A stretch of 64,000 bases of DNA from Candidatus Woesearchaeota archaeon (GCA_016180235.1 JACPBQ010000004.1:175674-239673); one strand, 5' to 3'; shown: positions 1 through 8,658, counted from the first letter of the stretch. Notes: generated by a model not told the origin, from the letters alone. Made by a program: numbers and translations.

Positions 1-19
1 ATTTTCATGAAAACACTGT

Positions 20-101
20 GGGGTGCAAAGCACCCCACTACTGGTGTGCGGGAACGCACAAGCGAACATCACCCCATACGCTAGTGTGCAGGCATGCACA
101 A
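20..101. repeat. Cluster of three short GC-rich stem-loops; two belong to the GTGYGC-loop-GCRCACAA hairpin family
   Basis: GGGGTGC-AAA-GCACCCC (20-36), TGTGCG-GGAA-CGCACA (45-60), TGTGCA-GGCA-TGCACA (85-100). Related copies at 57717-57737 and 60699-60721. Confidence 0.6.
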
Positions 102-281
102 TGGCAAAAACGCAGGTAATGAAAAATATCTTTTATTGCCCTGATGATAAAAAGACTGCAGTAAAGAATGACAAAATAAATAGTTATGAATGGTTGGGTA
201 TAAGCGTATTCAATGTTGATCCGCCTTTCTTTCCCTATAATCCCAATAAATCAATCTATTTTTATATTAACAGATACTACA

Positions 282-1415
282 ATGCAAAATATGCAGAAAA
301 CCGAGCCTGGAAGGGGGAAAAACGATACGGCAAGCGATAAAATCAGGGAGCTTGAGGAACGAATATCCAGCACAAAATACAACAAAAAGACGCAGCATGC
401 CATCGGCCTGTACAAGGCGCAGCTTGCAAAGCTGAAGGAAAAGCAGGCTTCAAGGGGCAAGGGGAAAAAAGGGGAAGGATATTCGGTAAGGAAGACAGGA
501 GACGGGACTGCTGTATTGCTCGGGTTTCCTTCTGTCGGCAAAAGCACGCTGCTGAATGCGATCACAAACTCCGAGTCAAAGGTCGGGGCTTATGCCTTTA
601 CCACGCTAACAGTCATACCGGGCACACTGGAATATAAGCACGCAAAGATACAGGTTCTTGATGTTCCGGGAGTTGTGCACGGAGCCGCTGCAGGAACAGG
701 AAGGGGAAAAGAAGTTCTGGCTGTGATAAGGAATGCAGATTTAGTGCTGATAATCGTTGATGTTTTCAATCCAGAGCACTACAAGGCGCTGCTGAAGGAA
801 GTCTATGACACCGGGGTAAGGATAAACCAGAAAAAGCCTGATGTAAAGATTGAAAAGGCAAGCAGGGGCGGCATAAGCATAGGCTCAACTGTCAAGCTGA
901 CAAAGCTGGATAAAAAGACCATTGAGAGCGTATTGAGGGAATTCGACCTGAACAATGCAAACATAGTCTTAAGGGAGGATATCGATGTTGACCAGCTGAT
1001 AGACATTGTCGAGGGAAACAAAGTTTATATCCCTTCGATATGCGTCTTGAACAAGATTGACATGGTCAATAAGGAGGATCTGGACAGGATCAAGGGAAAA
1101 ATAAACCCTGATTTGTGCATTTCCGCTGATAAAAAAATCAATATCGATGAGCTGAAAGAGCTGATTTTCCGGAGATTAAGGCTGATGAGGATTTACCTCA
1201 AAGAATACAACAAAAAAGCAGATCTGGATGAGCCGCTGATAATAAAAGAAGGGGCTACACTAAGGGACTTGTGCTCAAAACTGCATAAGGACTTTGTGAG
1301 CAAGTTTAAGTTTGCCAAGGTTTGGGGAAAGTCGGCAAAATATCCGGGAATGAAGATAACTAAGATTGATCATGCAATGGAAGATGAGGATATAATAGAG
1401 CTGAGGATTAAATAA
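282..1415 (+). CDS. DRG-family (Obg-like) GTPase with C-terminal TGS domain
   Basis: P-loop GFPSVGKSTLLNAIT, G3 LDVPGVV, G4 NKID, DRG-type N-terminal helix YNKKTQHAIGLYKAQLAKLK. ATG at 282 preferred over the track start 213 because a TATA-like TTTTTATATT (259-268) lies just upstream. Confidence 0.85.
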   Translation: MQNMQKTEPGRGKNDTASDKIRELEERISSTKYNKKTQHAIGLYKAQLAKLKEKQASRGKGKKGEGYSVRKTGDGTAVLLGFPSVGKSTLLNAITNSESKVGAYAFTTLTVIPGTLEYKHAKIQVLDVPGVVHGAAAGTGRGKEVLAVIRNADLVLIIVDVFNPEHYKALLKEVYDTGVRINQKKPDVKIEKASRGGISIGSTVKLTKLDKKTIESVLREFDLNNANIVLREDIDVDQLIDIVEGNKVYIPSICVLNKIDMVNKEDLDRIKGKINPDLCISADKKINIDELKELIFRRLRLMRIYLKEYNKKADLDEPLIIKEGATLRDLCSKLHKDFVSKFKFAKVWGKSAKYPGMKITKIDHAMEDEDIIELRIK

Positions 1416-1457
1416 ATTGGATTTCAAAAGTTTTATTGATTATTATTATTTGAGACT

Positions 1458-1562
1458 ATAGGCTCGGCGCAGTGAATTGCGAGCGACTCGCTAAAAAGTC
1501 GCTCGTCGCATCTCAATGCCTCGCAATATTGGAATATACTGCATTAAGAACACGTTCGCAAT
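1458..1562. repeat. Dispersed intergenic repeat, copy 1 (family also at 13951-14018 and 45221-45345)
   Basis: Shares TAGGCTCGGC...GCCTCGCA(A/T)..TTGGA(A)TAT(A/T)CTGCATTAAG(A/G)ACA with copy 2, and CAGTGAATTG(C/T)GAGCGA...CGCATCTCA...GCCTCGCA with copy 3. Internal hairpin GCGAGCGAC/GTCGCTCG(T)C. Confidence 0.6.
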
Positions 1563-1581
1563 ACTCCGTGATTTAATGCCG

Positions 1582-2433
1582 TTATTTCACAACCTGATTT
1601 AGAATATGCTGCAAATACTCCTTCTTTGTTGAAAACCCCGCTTTCTTTGCCAGCTTGTCCATCCCTTTCACGAAATTGCTGCCATATTGGGCTGCCTTCT
1701 TTTTTCTCCATGCAAATTCTGTTTCCAGGCCATAATCAGCTGCTATCTCCCTAAGAATTATTTTTTTCTGCTCTTTGTCCAGCTTGTACATCGGATGAAC
1801 TGACATTGCTGCTTTTATTACGCTTTCATCCATGTAAGGCGTCCTTACTTCAACCCCTAAATTTGATGCTATCTTAAAATCCCGCAATAAATCCCTCTGC
1901 CACATATTTTTCAGGCCTGACCAGCATTCTTTGTGGAGAGCCTCAAAATTGTCATTTTGGAATGCCTCTTCATGCCTTTGGTAGCCAGCAAATATCTCCT
2001 CTGTTCCAAGTCCGGAGAAAAGAATTTTTTCATTATTTTGCAAAGCTAGTCTTAAAACTGCATATACAACAGAGCCGACAGAGGCCCATACAATGTCATC
2101 GCTCTTTAAGATTTTCAGGGTTTCTTTTATTGAATTTTCCATCTCCTCCAGATTCATTAACTTAAATTTTAAATTGAGGCTGTGCTTTTTTGCTATCTGC
2201 TGCGCAAAGTCCAGATCCTGGGAATTTTCAATGCCGATACTGTAGCAAGTGAAATTAAGATTGTAATTTTTGCATATCAATGCCAGCAAAGTGCTGTCAA
2301 CGCCTCCGGAAAAGAGAATCCCGAAATGCCCAATATTTTGGGTTCTTTTTATTATTGCCTTCTCTATTGCTTCCCTTAATTTCCTTTTTGCCCTTTCCTT
2401 GTTGGTTTCTAAACTATCAAAAGGAGATTCCAT
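1582..2433 (-). CDS. Asparagine synthetase-like PP-loop ATP pyrophosphatase (AsnB C-terminal domain only)
   Basis: PP-loop FGILFSGGVDSTLLAL. The track ORF runs to a GTG at 2574; the ATG at 2433 gives the usual ~40 aa before SGGxDS. Confidence 0.7.
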   Translation of the reverse strand: MESPFDSLETNKERAKRKLREAIEKAIIKRTQNIGHFGILFSGGVDSTLLALICKNYNLNFTCYSIGIENSQDLDFAQQIAKKHSLNLKFKLMNLEEMENSIKETLKILKSDDIVWASVGSVVYAVLRLALQNNEKILFSGLGTEEIFAGYQRHEEAFQNDNFEALHKECWSGLKNMWQRDLLRDFKIASNLGVEVRTPYMDESVIKAAMSVHPMYKLDKEQKKIILREIAADYGLETEFAWRKKKAAQYGSNFVKGMDKLAKKAGFSTKKEYLQHILNQVVK

Positions 2434-2570
2434 TGAAGAAATGAGCTTCTCCCATGATTCTTTCTCAACTAAATTATTGTTTTTCAGGTATATTTCCACA
2501 TGCAAAAGGAAAAAGCAAGCTTTTAAAAATCTTTTTAGGGAATTTTGAGTTAAATTTGTTTTGTCAAAAA

Positions 2571-2707
2571 CCACCAGTCAAAGACTGGTGGAATGTTTTT
2601 GTTTATGTTGAACATTGAGTGGTTTTTGAGCATGCTCGGAAATTTTGCACAATCACGAAGCACATTGACTTCCAGCCACTAGTTCAAAACTGGTGGAAAA
2701 TTTCCGA
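2571..2707. repeat. Two related 9-bp hairpins plus an 11-bp inverted repeat in a long non-coding spacer
   Basis: CCACCAGTC-AAA-GACTGGTGG (2571-2591) and CCACTAGTT-CAA-AACTGGTGG (2676-2696). TCGGAAATTTT (2636-2646) is the reverse complement of AAAATTTCCGA (2697-2707). Confidence 0.6.
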
Positions 2708-2900
2708 CATTTTAATCTGTTCGCCCTTCGGGCTCACGATAAATTCATTTTCAATTATATTTTCAATCCGCCTTCGGCAAATATAGTGCTCGCCTTCGCT
2801 CTCCTACATAACGCTCAGGCTCGCCATCTATTACATTAATTTTTGCCGCTTAACTTGAAATTACTCTTTTTAGGTAGATTTAAATATTTAAGAATAAATT

Positions 2901-3155
2901 TTGAATTATATGGCAAATAAAAGTTCCGGCAGGGAGGAGCAGATAGGATTCCATAAGGGTGCTTTGACCACTTTGGCCAAGGAAAGGGAAGAGATGCTCA
3001 GGATACTGCAGATAGTTGAGCAATTGATGCAGATGCACCTTAAGGGGCTAAAGGAGCTTGGGGTTGACCTGCAGGAACAGGCTCAAGAGGCAAAAAGCCC
3101 AAATGGCAAAAAAAGCGGCAAGAAAAAGCCCATAGAGGATATTCTTAAATCATAA
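2901..3155 (+). CDS. Small helical hypothetical protein with a Lys-rich tail
   Basis: 84-aa ORF with composition typical of the window. No recognisable motif. Confidence 0.4.
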   Translation: MNYMANKSSGREEQIGFHKGALTTLAKEREEMLRILQIVEQLMQMHLKGLKELGVDLQEQAQEAKSPNGKKSGKKKPIEDILKS

Positions 3156-3180
3156 AAATCCGCAAAACGGATTTTTAGGA
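3155..3180 (+). terminator. Stem-loop plus T5 tract immediately after the stop codon of ORF 2901..3155
   Basis: AAAATCCG-CAAAA-CGGATTTT (3155-3175) runs into TTTTT. Oligo-T is the usual archaeal termination signal. Confidence 0.35.
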
Positions 3181-3379
3181 TGCCAAAAATCACGAGAAAA
3201 GCATTGCTTTTCTGTGACACAGAAAATCTTCGATTTTCTTGTGTCTTTGATTTTTGTGCATAAAGCCGATAATTAGGTTTTTCAATAGATAATATAGCAT
3301 ATCTCTGAAAACAAAGCCAATACTAAAATAGCATTATAAAATCCGATAATTATTAAATAAAAATATAATTCCTAATTCT

Positions 3380-3859
3380 ATGGTTAAAATGCAATATTCA
3401 TTTAACTGCTATGGGCATGAAAATATAACTGCAAGACACAGGACTACATTAGAATTTACAAGGGATGCTGAAGTCAGCCTTAAAGGCGACTGCATTATAG
3501 GAGTCAAGGCTGATTTTTCATTTCCGGAATTAAAAAAATTCATTGAAAACGGGATTAATGCCAATAAAAAAAATCAATTAAAAAATATCCCGCCAGATAA
3601 AAAAACAATAAACAAAAAAAATAAAATAAATGAAATTCCGGTAAAAATTATAATAAAGAGCAATAACCATAAAGAAGAGATAAATGGATTCCTGAATCCT
3701 GATTTTGATGATGAGAATGAGATAGTAATAAGAAAGACTGATTTTGCTTCCGGAAGGACTTTTGCAGTTAAATCTGACAAGGCTGCTTTTGATTTAAGCA
3801 ATGAGCTTGTTAATCTGCTCAAGAATCCTGAAAACAAAATTGAGGTTATTATTGATTGA
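3380..3859 (+). CDS. DUF371-family protein
   Basis: YGHENITARHRTTLEFTRD and GDCIIGVKAD are the DUF371 signature as I remember it. Contains a Lys/Asn-rich insertion. Confidence 0.65.
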   Translation: MVKMQYSFNCYGHENITARHRTTLEFTRDAEVSLKGDCIIGVKADFSFPELKKFIENGINANKKNQLKNIPPDKKTINKKNKINEIPVKIIIKSNNHKEEINGFLNPDFDDENEIVIRKTDFASGRTFAVKSDKAAFDLSNELVNLLKNPENKIEVIID

Positions 3860-3920
3860 AGGTAAGACCTATCGGAATCATCAAAACATGAATATTTTTA
3901 TATAATCTATATAAACCAAT

Positions 3921-3950
3921 GAGTGGCAAAAACACATAGATTTTTAAATT
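3921..3950 (+). promoter_or_regulatory. Loose copy of the shared promoter module, upstream of ORF 4049
   Basis: GAGTGGCAAAAACACATAGATTTTTAAATT compared with AAGTGGTAAAAATAGAAAGATTTATATA at 8669-8696. Lies ~100 nt before the ATG, which has a GAGG Shine-Dalgarno sequence at 4038-4041. Confidence 0.35.
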
Positions 3951-4048
3951 AAGAAGGCTTAACTATTGTTAATAGAAAAGGAGTGTTCTTTTAGCAGTTG
4001 GAAAGAAGATGTAGAGGAAAGACTGAAAATTGAGTTAGAGGAAAAAGG

Positions 4049-5656
4049 ATGAATAATTTTGAAAGGCTTTTAGGGCTTGCTGCAATTGGCGGATTTATGA
4101 AATTGGTAACCGATGATAATAATATTGGTGTTAAACCGAAAACCCATGGGCCTGGATTAGAACATATTGCAAACCATGTAGGTGGCGATAATGAGCCCCC
4201 AGTAGATGATGGTAATGTAGTAACAACTTCCAACGGCTATCAGTTAGGAGATATTGTTAACATGAGCTTTATGATTAATGGTAGAAATTCTACGTTAAGA
4301 GAAACATTTACGGAAGCCGAATCAGCGTTAATTTCATTTTACGATTCTAAAGTCAAAGAAGTCCAGAAAGGCCAGTCAAGGCATATGGGCGGAGTTTACG
4401 AAGAACATATTAAAGATATGCTCCAGATTTATTTTGATATAACAAGCCAACTAAAAATAAAGCCAGATTATAAGTTTGTCGCTTCAATAATTATACATGA
4501 TTATTTTGAAGATCATCCAGAGATGAGAGGATTGTTAAAGGAATTTGACAGAATGATGAGGAGATATAGAGAAGATGATAAGCTTCAAAAAAATGGGAAT
4601 ATAGAAAGAATGTTGAGTAAAATAAGACAAAAAAGATTCGAGCTTATTTCTGGATTATCCAAACAGCAAGAGGTTTTTTTAGAAGAATACGGCAGAAAAC
4701 ATGACTTAGGTGATGAAGAAAGAAGGCAGCTTATGCTTGATGCTCAGACTATAGTTGGCATTGCTGAATGGCTTACGAGGAATGTAGAGCAAAGATTCTT
4801 TCACGATTCTGTTTATCTTCTGCACAGAATGAATACTGTAGAAGATTATGCAGACCAAGCAAAAGGGAGCCCCTTGCAATCTCGGCTAATGCACAGTTTT
4901 GGAATTCAATGTGGTACAGAGCCTACGGAATATTACTTAATGAGAGCATTGGGGAAAGCAATAGACAGAATTGCATTATCAAGGGAAAGAGAACAAAGAT
5001 ATACAGAAGCTGAAGCCATAGAACTAGGATCTCTTGTTGAACAAAATGAGCGGCTAAGAGATATTTACGGACATGTTGATTTCAGAGGCTCAGAAATGCC
5101 AAGGCCTTACTTGCTTAACTTGCTGCATAGGAACATGGTGGTTTTAAGCAACATGGGTTATGCATTGAATGAGTATGGCAGACAAATTGTAAGAGAAAGT
5201 AGTAACGATTCTATCGCTTTTGCTTATTTGAGAGCAATCCAATTAGCAAGAAAACGTCTAATTGAAGAAAGCAGAAAAATAGTAGGTGAATTAACTACGA
5301 GCTATGAGCAAGAGTTACCGAATGAAACTGTTGATGAAGTAAAAACTCTTGTAAATGCAAAACCAAAAGGATATTACAGAAGACTAACAGGAGAAGGGCC
5401 GGTAAGCAGAGGCCTTGGCCTAGATACAGATCATCCAGCTGATTGGGCAGATTTAGATAAAGACCATAAAGGCAACAACAGCGTACTTAGAATGTCACGC
5501 AACTATGAAGATGCATTGGTATTCGGACGATTGCTTACACATTTTGAAGAGCCCAAGAAAAACAAAATCGACCTTAATAATGGGAATTTTCAGTTGTTTT
5601 ACATTGAGGGCCTGACTGGTCACCCTGCCTTGGCAGCCACACCTTATACGACATAG
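4049..5656 (+). CDS. Large orphan protein with a RelA/SpoT-type (p)ppGpp-hydrolase-like HD domain (SAH-like) plus an unassigned ~270-aa C-terminal part
   Basis: KGQSRHMGGVYEEH (aa 107-120), ASIIIHDYFEDH (HDxxED, aa 145-156) and LLHRMNT (aa 257-263) occur in the order of the Rel/SpoT hydrolase motifs H-x-GQ-x-R-x-SGEPY-x-x-H, LHDVVEDT and DRLHNMRT. Confidence 0.6.
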   Translation: MNNFERLLGLAAIGGFMKLVTDDNNIGVKPKTHGPGLEHIANHVGGDNEPPVDDGNVVTTSNGYQLGDIVNMSFMINGRNSTLRETFTEAESALISFYDSKVKEVQKGQSRHMGGVYEEHIKDMLQIYFDITSQLKIKPDYKFVASIIIHDYFEDHPEMRGLLKEFDRMMRRYREDDKLQKNGNIERMLSKIRQKRFELISGLSKQQEVFLEEYGRKHDLGDEERRQLMLDAQTIVGIAEWLTRNVEQRFFHDSVYLLHRMNTVEDYADQAKGSPLQSRLMHSFGIQCGTEPTEYYLMRALGKAIDRIALSREREQRYTEAEAIELGSLVEQNERLRDIYGHVDFRGSEMPRPYLLNLLHRNMVVLSNMGYALNEYGRQIVRESSNDSIAFAYLRAIQLARKRLIEESRKIVGELTTSYEQELPNETVDEVKTLVNAKPKGYYRRLTGEGPVSRGLGLDTDHPADWADLDKDHKGNNSVLRMSRNYEDALVFGRLLTHFEEPKKNKIDLNNGNFQLFYIEGLTGHPALAATPYTT

Positions 5657-5670
5657 TTTTAAATATTAAC

Positions 5671-5708
5671 ACTACTTTCTAGTGGTATAGATGGAAAGGT
5701 TTAAAAAG
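5671..5708 (+). promoter_or_regulatory. Shared promoter module upstream of ORF 5730
   Basis: ACTACTTTCTAGTGGTATAGATGGAAAGGTTTAAAAAG. The A/T box ends 21 nt before the ATG (leaderless geometry). Aligns with 8659-8698 and 30022-30060. Confidence 0.5.
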
Positions 5709-5729
5709 ATTAAAATTGTCCCATAAACC

Positions 5730-8117
5730 ATGGTTGAGAAGGACATACCAATTGGAGTTTTAAGCCCAGAATTCAAGGAATTTTTAAGCAAGTTTCATTT
5801 AGCCAGAATTGCTCTTTCTAGGCAAGAGATTCCAGAGCATGCTTTGGACGATATTGTAGAACTTATGGACTTTCTTCATCTTGCTGGAGAAATGAACATT
5901 CCAAAAGAAGGATATGATCAAGAATACCAATCAAATAAAAAGAATTTGGAAAAGTTCATTGATAGGATTTTAGGTGTAACTGCCAAAAGAAATGTTCTGG
6001 ATTTTATACCTGGACTCTCAGCAACAAAATATACACGCGTGAAAGGCATATACACAGGAGATGGACCTGTCAGCGCCAGGACTTTTGAGCATGATTTGGA
6101 TACAACGGTATTGCATATGTATAGCAGAGTGAAGGATTTTGAAGAATACGGGCTTAAAACCGTCCTTAATGTCAATAACCAGACTCCCACAGGATTTCTT
6201 GATGTAAGCGCTTTCAGAGCGATTATTGAGCATCGTGATGCTACCAGGTACAGGTATGAAGAGACGTTTAAAAGGCTGGATAATAGCAAAAAAGATGAAA
6301 TCCTGAAGAAATTTGGGCTTCATAATTTTTCCGAGATTTTTGAATATTTGAGTAAGATGAAGGATTTCAGCGATAGGGTCCAGGTGCTAGAATTTCAAGA
6401 TCTAAGGCCCGACCAACAGGGAGATTATAGGAAAAAATTCGCGAAAAAAAATGAAGATGCTTGCATAGAATTCGCACAAAAGCTAGCGGGGAATAGCAAG
6501 GGTATGCACTTTGTGCCGATTTGGCCCTTATATATTTCTTTGGGCACCGGCATAGAAGCCAGAGTCCAGACTCAAACTTTTATAGATGCCAGATTCAATG
6601 AAGTATTTGAATTAGACTACATTATCAGGAGATTTACAGGTAAAGGCTCTGGCGAGAGCCTGTTTGATGCTGTAAAGCGCAGAGCAGTCGGAACTTTAAA
6701 GTCAGAAGAAGGGGGAGTTGTAGTTTATGATGATAAGAATGGAAAAGTTTCATATTTAGTTGATTATGGCGACCTCATTTTGAATTTTCATACTGCAACC
6801 GGAGCCGATATAGGGGAGATAAAAAGGCTTGCAGGCTTAATTTATTCCAAGTTTGAAAAGTCAGAGAATAAGCTCAAAAGAAAGCAAGAAGAAGGAAAAC
6901 ACAGAAGCGAAGAAGATCAGGACTGGAAGGCTATCCTGGATTTATTGGATGGCCACATTTTGGATGATATCAGCCTCAAGCCGGATGATTTGCCTGTTGG
7001 ATTGTATGCTTCTATCCAAAATAATGTTGAAAATATCAAAGGAAAATACGGAGTTAGGTTTGATAATGGAAGGCTGGTAGAAACATGCATCAGGAACAGA
7101 TTTGATCCTCTTGTTGATCCAAAAGCTGCTGCCAGAGGCCATCGCGACGTCAAAGTCTATCCTAATTTTGATCCTGAAAAGGTGCAGATTTGCGCAGAAC
7201 TGCAGATAAGGTCTCCAGACAGCGATTTTGACTCCGAATTTGGCAAAGCAGCCCATTCAAAATATAAAAAAGACAGGAGGGCCAAATTAAGCATGACTGA
7301 TATTTTGTTTGTGGATGCTTTTTTTGGGCAGGATCAAGCCAGAGAAAAAAGCCGCGCCCAGTTATACGGAGAATTCTACAGCAGGATAATTGAACAAACT
7401 GCCCATCAAATTTCCGCTATAGGCGTGATAGAACACGATAAACGAAGATTTGATGCACTAATCGGCAAAGTGAATAGATACCTGCACAATGCCGCCGAGA
7501 GAGCAGCTGGTTATTTACCGAAGATCGGCATATCAGTTGAATCTATCCTAACTTTGTATATGGAAAGTAAAGGCATGGATGCGCTTTCATACGCAGATAG
7601 TTTGTGGCATATAAGAAATGCTGTTGCGGATATGTCAGAAAGACACAGAATAAGGCCAAAATATTGGAAAGACAGAAGGGCCCTAGAAACAGAAATTCAC
7701 TCATCACGCATCAAAAGCTTATTTGATGCCTATAGCAACTTAATTGCTGGAGATAAAAATAGTGCAATAGCGGCTATTTTCTTAGGCAGATTGATATCAG
7801 ACTACAACTCCTATTATCCTCAGGCCATAGAAAGTGCTGTGCAGAGACACTATAGCGGCCTGCTCAACAATTTTGGCAAACAGCACGGATGGAGACAAAA
7901 AAAATTAAGAAAAAAATTGGATTTAGGCATTGTTCCTGCCAGATCAAATGATGGACAGGCTATCCATAATGTGGATTTATTGTATGCTATTAAAAATCCA
8001 TCAGCTGTAAGCTACTTTTTACATGCAAGCGGACTTGGCTTCAGTGCAGATTTGCTGACAAATGTGGAGAAGCTCTGCTATAATTACGGACAGAGGCTTG
8101 AACCTAGAAAGCGCTGA
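5730..8117 (+). CDS. Large orphan protein with RelA/SpoT-type synthetase-like (nucleotide pyrophosphokinase, Pol-beta fold) motifs
   Basis: EIKRLAGLIYSKFEK (cf. GRxKxxYSIxxK), LDLLDGHIL, GHRDVKVY and CAELQIRSPDSDFDSEFGKAAHSKYKK (cf. E-x-QIRT...AAHWxYK) at aa 364-513. A weaker second set lies at aa 132-281: SRVKDFEEYGLK, LDVSAFRAII (cf. DIYAFRVI), YISLG, IEARVQTQT. Confidence 0.6.
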   Translation: MVEKDIPIGVLSPEFKEFLSKFHLARIALSRQEIPEHALDDIVELMDFLHLAGEMNIPKEGYDQEYQSNKKNLEKFIDRILGVTAKRNVLDFIPGLSATKYTRVKGIYTGDGPVSARTFEHDLDTTVLHMYSRVKDFEEYGLKTVLNVNNQTPTGFLDVSAFRAIIEHRDATRYRYEETFKRLDNSKKDEILKKFGLHNFSEIFEYLSKMKDFSDRVQVLEFQDLRPDQQGDYRKKFAKKNEDACIEFAQKLAGNSKGMHFVPIWPLYISLGTGIEARVQTQTFIDARFNEVFELDYIIRRFTGKGSGESLFDAVKRRAVGTLKSEEGGVVVYDDKNGKVSYLVDYGDLILNFHTATGADIGEIKRLAGLIYSKFEKSENKLKRKQEEGKHRSEEDQDWKAILDLLDGHILDDISLKPDDLPVGLYASIQNNVENIKGKYGVRFDNGRLVETCIRNRFDPLVDPKAAARGHRDVKVYPNFDPEKVQICAELQIRSPDSDFDSEFGKAAHSKYKKDRRAKLSMTDILFVDAFFGQDQAREKSRAQLYGEFYSRIIEQTAHQISAIGVIEHDKRRFDALIGKVNRYLHNAAERAAGYLPKIGISVESILTLYMESKGMDALSYADSLWHIRNAVADMSERHRIRPKYWKDRRALETEIHSSRIKSLFDAYSNLIAGDKNSAIAAIFLGRLISDYNSYYPQAIESAVQRHYSGLLNNFGKQHGWRQKKLRKKLDLGIVPARSNDGQAIHNVDLLYAIKNPSAVSYFLHASGLGFSADLLTNVEKLCYNYGQRLEPRKR

Positions 8118-8559
8118 TCCTCCTCTCTTTGCCGACATAATTAAGAATTTTTCCTTCCCTGTGTTTTCCAGTCCCAAGAAAATAATCATTATGCTTTAAT
8201 ATTACAAAACCCGAGAGATTTTCTTCTTCGGTTTCCAAATCCTCCCCCTTGAGCCATTTTTTCGCCTGCTCTTCGTCAATTTCTACCATGTTTTTTGCTG
8301 CTTTTGGGCCAACTATCTGGCTTCCTTCTATGCTAAGCCTTATTCCCAGCCTGTCTATTTCGCAAAAATACATACCAATTGAGTTAATTCTCAGCTTTTC
8401 CAGGCCTATTTTTGAAATATCCTTGTTTATAATGAAAACCCTGTTTTTATTGTTTTGGAGAAATGCATAATCCAATTTTAGTTTAGAGCCCCATTGCTTT
8501 TCAATAAGCGAATAAACTTCCTTGATTTCCTTGCTGTTGAGGATTTTTAATTGCAGCAT
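8104..8559 (-). CDS. NIP7-like ribosome-biogenesis protein with PUA domain
   Basis: Domain order and motifs GMYFCEIDRLGIRLSIEGSQIVG and GFVILKHNDYFLGTGK fit archaeal NIP7/UPF0113. ATG at 8559 preferred over 8613. Confidence 0.6.
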   Translation of the reverse strand: MLQLKILNSKEIKEVYSLIEKQWGSKLKLDYAFLQNNKNRVFIINKDISKIGLEKLRINSIGMYFCEIDRLGIRLSIEGSQIVGPKAAKNMVEIDEEQAKKWLKGEDLETEEENLSGFVILKHNDYFLGTGKHREGKILNYVGKERRISAF

Positions 8560-8658
8560 TTTTTTAGTTGTATTAAATAAGTAGTTTATATTTTTTATTA
8601 AGTTAATAAACATTAATATAATTTACTTTCAATACAGAACTTAGTTATGTAAGATTTG

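Noticed and set aside
23-565. Track ORFs 23..340 (+), 251..565 (-) and the 213-281 extension of the GTPase gene
   Set aside because: They cover the GC-rich hairpin block and the promoter of the DRG gene. Their composition is unlike other proteins here. A TATA-like box at 259-268 supports the start at 282.
5730-6600. Treating the N-terminal motif set of ORF 5730 (SRVK.., DVSAFRAII, YISLG, IEARVQTQT) as the catalytic synthetase core
   Set aside because: The downstream part lacks the H..YK element and the E-x-Q-I-R-T order is scrambled. The set at aa 364-513 is the more complete match. I therefore report the N-terminal set only as a possible degenerate duplicate.
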